Positions 13,299-23,742 of a stretch of 64,000 bases of DNA are shown here, piece by piece. The notes beneath the pieces were generated by a model that saw only the letters and a program-made list of their open reading frames with translations, had not been told where the DNA came from and ran no database searches. The DNA is from Psammoneis japonica (Eukaryota). Location: positions 434,001-498,000 of the forward strand of contig QPGO01000006.1 in assembly GCA_008632985.1 (NCBI GenBank), given 5' to 3'. The first letter of the stretch is position 1, and every line of letters starts with the position of its first letter. The position numbers were made by a program, and so were the translations under genes.

Positions 13299-13532
13299 AG
13301 TCACGACTCAACGTCATTCTGGTCGCATCTCACGACTGCAACCCAGACTCAGATTTTCTCTTCGAAACAATTGGCTCATCACAAAATCGATTCAAACAGA
13401 AGCAACGACATTCGTCATAATTTCCAGACAACGACTTTCAACAAGCGTCTGTTTACCTCTGTCGCCACTCACATTGCCACCAACCTCCGAGGTCTCATCC
13501 ATCCTGCTCAGCTGCAGGACTGTATCTCGACT
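13299..13532 (+). repeat. 5' LTR (AGTC…GACT)
   Basis: Colinear with 20306-20539; 16 transitions and no indels by my manual alignment. Confidence 0.95.
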
Positions 13533-13694
13533 GGTCACAGAGACCAATTTACGCGTTGACGAGAGCTCCTGACCGAGTCATCGTCACGGACGCTTTCGGT
13601 TTTTGATTTTGAAGCAAACCCGGGAAACAGCTGAGTCTCTCTCGCTTCTCTCGTCTTCACTCTAACAAGAACCTCCCACACCACACTCTCTGTC

Positions 13695-16600
13695 ATGGCT
13701 GCCATCGATCCAGATGTTCTGGCGAAGGCGTTTGCCGATGCAATGGCCGCTCACGCCGCGGCGACCGCTCCTCCGGCTCCAACCAAGCCGTCACGTGGTG
13801 GAATTCACCCAACCCACGGGGTTTACATTGGTGGTTCCAAACTCAACAACAACTGCGAACAATCCAACGATAGAACCTGCCGACTCGCCTCTCAGCGCCG
13901 TCATCCCAAGGCTCTCGACTCGATGGAACGATCTCTCCGCGATCAACAAGCTTCCGCAATGACTTCCAAGTTCAACGGTCGACTTGAGATTTCGGACGGT
14001 CCCATCAACGAGCTTGACAAGGACCATTTCGTCAAGACTGTTCGAGATCTAGTAGAAGCCCACGGTCAGCAGACGTTCTACCATGTCAAGGACAGCGACG
14101 ACAAGGTTCAACATGTCTTCGACCATCTTCACGAGTTTGCTGTGACCGATCTCGTGAACGAGCACACGGTTGGGAAAGCAGCTGCCGATGATGCCAAGTA
14201 CGACGAGATCGAGCTCGACGATGTCGGGCTCTCTCAACTTCTCGTTCACTCAAGAATCACCAATGCCTTTCGCGAGAAAATCGAGACCAAGTTCAACCAT
14301 CTTTCGGACTGCCAAGACTGCCCTGGATCTGTTCCATTCATGATGGCTCTCGACACTTGCAATGCTGGCGCTCTAACGGATGTAGAGACGGCTAAGAAGC
14401 AGCTAGAAGACCTCAGTTTGGTCAACTGTCCCGGCGAGGATTGCACGGACTTTGCTGCCGAAGCTCTTCGCATCGTGAAAATTGTGCAGACCGACTGCGC
14501 GCTTCCGGCTAACACAAGCTCCAAGCTGCTCCACAAGATCTCCTCTGCGTCCTCTGAATGCTTCAATCGCCGAGTCTACAACAAGCTCGACGACGTCAAG
14601 GCTATGGAACGCAAGTGCCGTCTCAAGAATCCTGCTGACATCGTGTCCGACAGCGATTGCAAAACGCTCGGACCGGTCGGCATCATTGCGTGGATTCAAG
14701 AGCAACACAACGAACTCGTGAAGGACGGGGAATGGCCTGCATTGGTCGCCAAGCTACCCGAGAGTAATCTTTCGACTGCGGACAACCCTGGGAAGACGAA
14801 GCACTGTTGTGGTTGCGGTCTCGAGGGGTGCACCAAGAAGACGTGTCCAAAGTGCAACGCCAAACCGCCGCGCGACGATCCTCCTCCCAATCCGCCGCCT
14901 GCAGACGACCCTTCCAAGAAGAAGAGGCGACCCATCGCTGCCTGGCGTGCTAAATTTGACGGAGAAACGAAGAAGGATAAGAATGGCAAGGAATGGAAGT
15001 GGTGTGCCACGTGCAAGGCGAAGGGTGCCGACAAACCTGGAATCCACCAGAAGCACTCTACCGCGGAACACACCGACGACCGCAGGCAACCTCCCAAGGA
15101 GACCCCAGCCGGGAATTTGTCTTCCGTTGCTGACCCGGATAGTGGCGTGCCCATGGGTCCGCCCGCTCAGACCACCAAGGCACCAGAGGGAGACGAATCC
15201 GACCCCAACGAGTTAGTTTTCACGAGAATGTGGTGCGCGGCTACGGATCCCGTTGCCGACCCGGATTTCTGTTCCGCCCCTGTCACTGCTGCAATTGTTG
15301 TTACTCCGGCTTCTTCGGCCGAGAGGGAGAGCGATGCAGTCGTCAGCACTGAGGTGGTTTGCATCGAAACGAGCCCACCTGTACTCACCTCAGTCGTGGA
15401 TCCAGTCGTGTCTCCCATCGTGGTTGAGACTGTCACTCCCGAAGACGCCGATGACTTCTACGAATGCTCCGACGCTTTCTCTACCTTTGAAAACGAACCA
15501 CCGGCTATTGAGTTGTTTCCGGCCTCGAAGCTGTACTCTGTCAAGCATCCAGATGAGTTCTTTGACGCTCCCGCACATTTGACAGATGTGCTGTCAGACG
15601 ACACCAAGTTAGATCTCATCCTTGAACACGACATACACTTTGAAGACGCACACTGCGACTTACCTCCGTGTGTTACGTATCGTGGCTTCGATTTCTACGA
15701 TCCAGAGGTCCTGGATACGGATGATTGTCACGAGGACGTCGAAGACGAGCCCACTTCACGTCGCTCACTCTTGGGTCGAGTCAAGCCATTCACATTCTGG
15801 CTCGCCGCCATGTTTTGGGAAACGGTGCTACATCTTTGCTTTGCTCCGATCCCATGTGTCCCTCGAGCTCTACGCCGCCAGCGCAAACTCCCAACTTTGC
15901 ACGGGTTTCCAGCCTCCTGGATGGTCCCATCCGTTGCAGTGATGGCATGGTCAGCAGTTTACGCCGGTCAACAGCCCGAGCATCCATTCTCGAACGTACC
16001 AAGTCGTTTTTCGACCGCTGGCTCTCAAGTCTACCACATTGTGGAAGCGCTAGATGACCGGATAGTGTTAGATTCGGGGTCACTGTTCGAACATCACAGG
16101 ATCAAAGGCACGCAAGTACTCACCGAGTTTGTCGCGCGCCATCCGTCACACGCACTGAGCACTCGTCTCAAGGCCTGCTGGGAGAGCCTAGAAGTAGCTG
16201 AACGGTCTGATGCGATAGACGAATCAGCCTTCTTTGATGCCCATGAGGAACTGGAACCTCTCGACGACCAGAAGTATTTCTTTGACGCTCTTGAGGACTT
16301 CAGCCCGGATTTCTTCCAGTTTGACGAGCTCTGTCTGCCGCATCACATCGTGGACACTACCCATTTTCAAGATCCTGTGGAACCATTGGAGGAAGCAAGT
16401 GTTAGACCAGTCGTCTATGACACCTCCACCATCCAACCACTCACCGGACAATCACAAGCCGACCTCCTTGCATCCGATCCGCAGGCACTCATCGGTCTGT
16501 CGGACGAGGCTCTCACGGTCATCATGGATGCTGGTGCCACGTTAGCTGTTGCCCCCGACAAAGATGATTTTACGGGGCCTGTGACTGTTCCCAAGAAACC

Positions 16601-19600
16601 CTTACAGATCAATGGGATTGCCAACGGCCTTGCCATCCAGGGTGCCGGTCCGGTTGCGTGGGTGTTCACAACGCCGGGTGGGGCTACCATCCAACTGAGC
16701 ACCATGGCATGCTACGTCCCTGGAGCCCGTCAGCGCCTGCTGTCGCCTCAACGCCTCTTCAACGAAGAGAAGGGGGTGCGTGGGAAGTGTGAGGGCGATG
16801 AAACCACTTTCCGTTTACATGTTGACGGGACAGGCAAGTTGGTCGTGCCATGTCATCCATCAAGCCACTCACCTGTTGCGTCGATGACCAAGGGCGTATC
16901 TGCCGCTCCTCAAGTGAACCTTCAGATCCTTAACGAGGAGAATCAAAACCTCACGGCAGGCCAAAAGCTTCTTCTCGAAATGCACGCCCGTTTTGGCCAT
17001 TTGAACTTTGGTCGCGTCCAAGCACTTCTCCGTGCAGTTCCGTTCCTTTCGAACCGTTTCAAGTCCGCAGCGAAGTGTGACCACCCAAGATGCGAGGCAT
17101 GCGAACATGCTAAAGGTCACAGACGCTCTCTTGGATCTACTCACAAGTCGACAGTCCCTGAACGCGACGGGGCCCTTCGAGCTGACCATCTTCGACCGGG
17201 TCAGGCTGTCAGCGTTGATCATTTTGAGTCGCGCCTTCCAGGCCGCACCTTCGACTCTTGTGGCAAAGCCACGTCCAAGCAATTCAAGGGCGGTTGCATC
17301 TTTGTCGACCACGCCTCTGGCTATGTCCAGGTCGAGCACCAACCAGGTTTCTCCGCTGTTGAGACGATGCGCGCGAAGCAAGCGTTTGAGAAACATGCTT
17401 TGGACCACGGGGTCATCGTCCAAGAATTTCTTGCCGACAGTGGCGCTTTCAAGGCCAACGCTTTTGTACAACATGTGCGAGATCATGAACAACGTCTCCG
17501 TTTTTGTGGAACCAACGCCCATCATCAGAACGGCGTCGCAGAGCGGGGTGTCCGCAGCATCTCCAACATGGCGAGAGCGATGTTGCTTCATGCTTCAATG
17601 CACTGGAAGGGGGGAATTGACAGCTCCCTGTGGCCCATGGCAGTTTCTTGTGCCACGTGTGTCTACAATGTCACCCCAAATTCCAAAGGACATTGCCCTG
17701 CGGACATTTTCACCGGTTCGACAGTGCCAAGACATCGGTTGCGCGACATTCACACATGGGGATGTCCAGCGTACGTACTTGACCCGACCCTCGCTTCCGG
17801 GAAGAAGCTCCCGCGTTGGGAGCCTCGCACTCGTCGCGCTTTGTTCGTGGGACTCAGTGCCATCCATTCCAGTGAGGTTCCTTTGGTCCTCAATCTTCAA
17901 ACTGGAAGTGTTGCACCTCAGCATCATGTGGTCTTTGACGATCTCTTCACTGCCGCACCATCAATCGAGAGGGAGACGGATCCACCTGATCACTGGGAAC
18001 ACTCATGCCTCAACCAATCGACATGCATCCCTCTGGAGAAGGATCAGGCAGTTCATTTACACGATGAGTGGCTTGCCCCTCCAGAGCGTCAACGTAAAGA
18101 ACGAGAACTAGCCAGAGCAACACGTGTTCGCGGGCATTTTGAGCCTGCTCCATCGATTGCTGTGCCGGATTCACCCATTTCTTGCGACGACGTTGCCGAT
18201 CGAGTCGCACCTGCGACTCAGCAGCCAACGCCACCAGTCCCACCTGCGACTCAAACTCCTGCAGACTCTGGACTCTACGCCAATTCAGCCACCTGAACCT
18301 CAAGACAGTGACGGACTTCCGCCACCCGAAGCGCCGACGGAACCAACAGCTCCTCCCCCAGTCGAGACACCTCCCATGATGAATCCAGAGGGAGTGCCAG
18401 GGCTGCGACGGTCTTCACGGTCAACCAAGGGACAGTTCAACTCTGCCAAGTTTGTAGATGAGGTCCACTTCAGCTCCGTCGAGGAAACACCGCTGCCGAT
18501 CGGACACGAGGCTCAACTGGCGCATCTGGCGACTCTCGAGACGGATTTGGACAGTGGCACCAACAATGTCGGCGATCCACGAGCCTGCGCAGCTAGCAAG
18601 AAAACCAAGGACCCTGATGTGCCTTCGTTGCACAATGCTCTGAAAGGTCCGGACGCCGACGAATGGATTGGGGCGATGAAAATTGAAGTCAACGCACTCA
18701 CACATCGTCGAGCCTGGAAAGCAGTCGAGCGTCAGCCGCGTGTGAATGTACTTCCAGGCACATGGGCACTAAAGCTCAAGAGACTCCCAGATGGAACCCC
18801 TCTCAAGCACAAGGCCCGATGCTGCGTCCGCGGTGATTTGCAGAAAGAAGGAGTCGACTGCTTCGAAACCTGCACGCCGGTTGTGCAATGGTCCAGCATC
18901 CGACTCATGCTCACTGCGGCATTAAAGGAGGGATGGACTGCACGACAGGTGGACCACACCACAGCCTTTTGCCAAGCTGATGTCGCCGAGGAAGTTTGTG
19001 CAACACCGCCAAAGGGATTTGCGCCAAGGTCGGGACTCAATGTGGTTCTCAAACTTTTGAAAGGACCACACGGCCTAAAACAGTCTCCCAAGGGCTTCTG
19101 CGAGAAGTTACGAGCTGGTTTAACCGAGCGCGGATGGGTGCCTTCAACCATAGATCCCTGTTTGTATTTCAAAGAGGGCATGATGTGTGTGGTGCACGTC
19201 GACGACACCGTTTTTGCTGGAGCTTCAGCTGAAGCTCTAGAAGCCGAAATTCGCAAGTTAGGAGTCTCCGACGACGAACATCGCCACGCATTTGAACTTA
19301 GAGACGAAGGAGAAGTCGGCAACTTTCTCGGTGTCAAGATCGAAAAGCTCTCCGAGGGTCGATTTCTACTCACTCAACCCGGTCTAATTGACAAGGTCCT
19401 GCGTGCCGCACAGATGGAGGATTGCAATGGAGCATCCACTCCAGCTCTACCTGCGGCTGTTGGTGCCGACACGGACGGCCTGCCTTTTGATGAACCCTGC
19501 GATTGTCGCTCAGTTGTTGGAATGTTGATGCACTTGGCAGCGAACAGCCGGCCAGACATTGCACATGCCACACATCAAGTGGCTCGATTCTCGTTTGCGC

Positions 19601-20284
19601 CCCGAGCGTCCCACGCTGCTGCAGTGAAGCGGACACTCCGATGCCTCAAAGCAACTGCCACTGAAGGTCTCATTCTCAAGCCTGCGCAAGATCATCGAGT
19701 TGATTGTTGTGTCGATTCTGACTTCGCGGGGTCATTTGGTGTGGAAGATGGTCAAGACCCAGTTTCTGTCAAGTCCAGGACTGGATGCCTTGTCCACTGC
19801 GCCGGCTGCCCGCTCATCTGGGTGTCCAAGCTGCAGACTCTTGTGGCATTGTCGACCATGGAAGCGGAACATGTCGCACTTTCTCAAGCTGTGCGCGATC
19901 TCATCCCTGTTCGTGAAGTTCTCAAGGAGCTCAACCACCACGCATTCGGAAAGTCTGACCGCCAAAACCCTGTCACGACTCACTCCAAGGCTTTTGAGCT
20001 CGCAACCCAAGGCACCGATGACTCGCCTGTAGAGCAGAATGTCCTGCCTGCGTCCGTTGTGTACGAAGATAACTCCGCGTGCCTCAAGTTCGCACGCATG
20101 CCCAAGTTGTCTCCGCGAACCAAACACATCGGCATCCCGCACCACTGGTTTAGGACTAAAGTCAAAACAATTGGAGATCGACATCCAACCTGTCAGCACT
20201 CTAGAGCAACTGGCCGATCAGTTCACGAAGGGACTACGGACCGATGCGTTCCGCACGGCTAGAAAGGCTCTTGTGGGCTGGCAA
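13695..20284 (+). pseudogene. Copia gag-pol; catalytic and conserved residues mutated; frameshifts near 18270 and 20170
   Basis: Zn knuckle CCGCGLEGCTKKTC; protease MDAGAT; integrase VSVDH…ADSGAF…QNGVAER; RT ARCCVRG, HGLKQS, HVDD; RNase H DSDFAG, EAEH, EDN. Confidence 0.9.
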
Positions 20285-20305
20285 GCTCTCTCGGTTGAGA
20301 GGGAG

Positions 20306-20539
20306 AGTCACGACTCAACGTCATTCTGGTCGCATCTCACAACTGCAACCCAGACTCAGATTTTCTCTTCGAAATAATTAGCTCATCACAAAATCGATTC
20401 AAACAGAAGCAACGACATTCGTCATGATTTCCAGACAACGACTTTCAACAAGCGTCTGTTTGCCTCTGTCGCTGTTCACATTGCTGCCAACCTCCGAGGT
20501 CTCACCCATCCCACTCAGCTGTGGGACTGTGTCTCGACT
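20306..20539 (+). repeat. 3' LTR
   Basis: Direct repeat of 13299-13532, preceded by the polypurine tract. Confidence 0.95.
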
Positions 20540-22502
20540 AGAGTTGGGTCTGGAGGATCACCATCAAGAGTGGGCAGTTCTTCCTCTGTTGACACGCCAT
20601 CAGGAACATGACATCAGCTGTCATTGTGATGTTCTTGTTGGCAACAAGGGCTCCCCATTCAATTGAACAACAGCACATCTGTGCACCAGAAATCAGGCTG
20701 TCAGCCTGGCTGCTGAGGAACATGCTGCTGAGCATCCCCCCACAACTTGCTTCATGGCATGCTTGGATTCATGGGCAGGAGAAACACACTCATTCTTTGC
20801 AGCAATCATTGAGAACTTTGAGTGCATTGCATTCTTGACAAAGACAGTTGTCTCTGGGTTGTCATTCAACACAGTGCATGCAACAGCATCAAAAATGAAA
20901 GCTTGGAGTTGCAAAAAATCCTTTTTGAACAGAGCAAAGCAGTCTGTGATTGACAAATTTCCTTGCTTTGAGTGAGAGGAGTCCACCAAACCCAGTGCTT
21001 CCTTGCAGAATGCCAGATGTGTGCATGGAAAAAATCTGCTTTTGCGCATCTGGCTGTTGCCATGGCAAGAAGCAACAAAGAGCAATGGAGCCTGCTGGTG
21101 TTTTTAAAGAGCATCATGTCATCTTGAGTGGATGTGCATGATGTCATTTCCAATGGTGAGACCCCAATCTCCACCATGGTTGTGTGGAAAGAACCGCTGC
21201 TCACAATGGACAAATGCAGCACTCACAATCAGTGGTTTGCCACTGAAAATTGAGGTGCCACCAGCAGCCAGTTGTGTGGCAAATTGTCATCACACAAGCT
21301 TGGTGTTATGAAGGAAGAAGGCTTTGTAATCTGGTGTTAGATTGACAGTCAAGATGAGGCAGTTGGTGGCATCCAAATGGTGCAGACAGCTGCTGGCATG
21401 AGCGACCATTGGGGCATCACTTTGTTGAGACCCGTGCTGGTTGCAAGTGTCTGACAGCAGTGCATCTGGGCTGAACAGGTGCTTGGATGACAAAGACACA
21501 ACAGGTGCCTTGTCACTCAAAATGCCAGCTGCTGGGTGCATTTTTGATGCATCACAGTTGTTGCTCAGCACATCAATTGAACTGGAGCTGTTGACAGAGC
21601 CTGGCTCAGCAGGTGCCAGTGCCGCTGTGGTCTTGGGGGCATGCTTGGGTGGGAAAGGTGAGTTCAATTGGGGTGCTGCACATCCAGGGCAAAAAACAGA
21701 TGTGTGCTGTGTCAACCACAGTGCAGCTGCTTTGTGGTGCAAGCTTTGACAATGGCAGTTTGGATCTTGCAGCCCCATCCAACATCTTTCATGAGAGATG
21801 AGGCAGAATGTCATCACCCATTTTGCTGTCATTGCCTTGAAGGCAGTGGTGCAACAGATGATGCACATTGGCAGGGTTGCTTGTTTCTGGCAGGACAAGT
21901 TTGTTGAGGATGTGCGCCTTCAACATGTCAACAACACATGACCCTTGGAGATTGTGTGCATGTGTTTGGCATCATCCTCAAAAAACAGATCTGGCTTGAT
22001 GACAATGCCTCTGTAGATTCCACTGAGGCATTCAACAGTTTCAGGGTGATGCAAATGTGGTTGGATCTCTGGGGTGATGCCCTTGAGAGTGTCAACAATG
22101 CCCCTTTTTTGGCAAGCCTTGAGTCACATGATTGGTTGTGAGCAAAACAGTCACAGAGATTCAGCACTGTCCTCACAGCCCAAAAAACATCCGGGGTTTG
22201 CAGCAGCACAGAAGAGTGTGTGCAACACATCACAAGGCCACACCAAAAGAACCTGTCCCACAAAGTGCAGCAGTGGGTGGACAAGATGACAAACACTCAG
22301 GGGCTTCTTGCAAACCAGCAAAAGTGGCATCATGTGCACTGACAAGAAAGAGTGAGAGACAGATCTTAGAGAGATTTGCTTGGCCACCTGAAAGGATGCC
22401 TGGCCACCATCACCCACAAACAGAGTTTTGCATGTGTGCACATGGCCTGTTCCAGCTCCAGGCATCCAAAAAAGGGGCATGATCCATCGCTGGGGCATGT
22501 TT

Positions 22503-22650
22503 TTGCATTTGGCACAATGAACTCTTTCAACTTCGATTGTGAGTGCACACAAAACTTTTGTTTTTTTTTGTGAGCATTTGTTTTTGTGTGTGCTCACCTT
22601 TTGATTTTTGAAATGATCAAAATTGATGGAATTCATTGTGCCAAATGCAA
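22503..22650. mobile_element. Small MITE-like inverted-repeat element (about 150 bp)
   Basis: ttgcatttggcacaatgaa (22503) and ttcattgtgccaaatgcaa (ending 22650) are perfect reverse complements; the match extends imperfectly to about 38 bp. Confidence 0.55.
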
Positions 22651-23742
22651 CCCTCAGCTGGCATCTTGCATGATGGATCACGGATCACCTGGAGCTGTGG
22701 AACAGGCCACATCCGGTCAGCTGACAGCTGTGCATGCACCCACAGCTGAGATTTTGAAATGGGAGGACCAGATGCATGCAGCATGCATTCACACTGAACA
22801 ACTTGCATGGACAAAGCTGTCATCTCTGCTGTTCTGCCATCAGATCAAGAATGGAATGTGCCGGCACACTGCAAAGAACACCGCTGATGACAGGTGTCTT
22901 TTCGGGGTGTGCTTCTCAGAGCAAACAAAGGTCATTTAACACAACAAAGGAGAACCCCCCACCTCCATCTCACTCAGCACTTCCTTTTAATTGATCCGTC
23001 ACTGCACACATGAAAACATCACTCTGTGCTGCTGCCGACAAAGAACACAGCCAAAACAAGGTTTGCCAGACACAGAGGGCAGGGGGGCTGCTCCCAGCCA
23101 ACCTTCTCTTCTCTCTTCTCCAGCCAGTGGCCAGCCCCACTGACAGGGACAGCTAGCCACAGATGGAATGCAGCAACAAAGCAAAACACAGAATTTGTGT
23201 TTAAAATGCTGCCTGCTGCTGCCACACTTCTGCCCTTCCAACTCCGAGAGGGCGTGGCAATGGGCTGCATGCGCCATGCTACACTAAACTAACTGCGGCA
23301 GGCAGGCAGACACACTTTCGGCGCGACGGCTTTTGCAACGGTCTAAATAAACAACTTTAATCCCTAAGATATTTTGAAATCATGTATACCATTATTAAGG
23401 TGTAAATACATTAATGAATAACTTAAGTCTTGGATATCTTTTTTAGTATGGCCGAGATCCCACATAGATTCGTTTGCGATAGCGGAACCTCTATCATAGG
23501 AATATCCTCATTTTGATATACTATTTTATGTTCATTTCTTTGTTTACACGAGTTGCGAGCGATGTGGCAAATCGCAAACACTCACGAAATACAAATCGTT
23601 TGTGATGACCATATCATCGTGTGTTTGTTTGTTTTTACTTTCGTACCACGCATTTTGCTGTCGGAGTCGACTATCCAATATCCGTTCCTTCTTTATTTTG
23701 ACGAGAGTAGCTGAATTCTAAAGGGATAGAATCTGAAGGACA

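Larger units (their letters stand above)
13299..20539 (+). mobile_element. Full-length Ty1/Copia LTR retrotransposon (diatom CoDi-like), hypermutated
   Basis: Two 234-bp LTRs; TSD agagc (13294-13298) / agagt (20540-20544); PPT gagagggag before the 3' LTR; domain order gag-PR-IN-RT-RH. Confidence 0.97.
11490..23280. other. TpA-depleted repeat domain 1
   Basis: TA is nearly absent at 11.5-13.3 kb and 20.55-23.28 kb, CG is also rare and TG/CA is abundant. The nested Copia is only partly depleted. Confidence 0.9.

Noticed and set aside
13533..13550. Assignment of the primer-binding site (ggtcacagagacc) to a specific tRNA
   Set aside because: The site is probably mutated and cannot be matched reliably without the tRNA set.
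13695..20284. ADAR-type RNA editing fixed by reverse transcription, or an alternative genetic code
   Set aside because: Changes occur on both strands, differ between the two LTRs, and affect the TSD and non-retro sequences. Neighbouring genes use Tyr codons normally.
11490..23280. Classical RIP, or CpG deamination alone, as the explanation
   Set aside because: RIP creates TpA and stop codons. 5mC decay cannot convert Tyr codons to Cys/His or remove TA.
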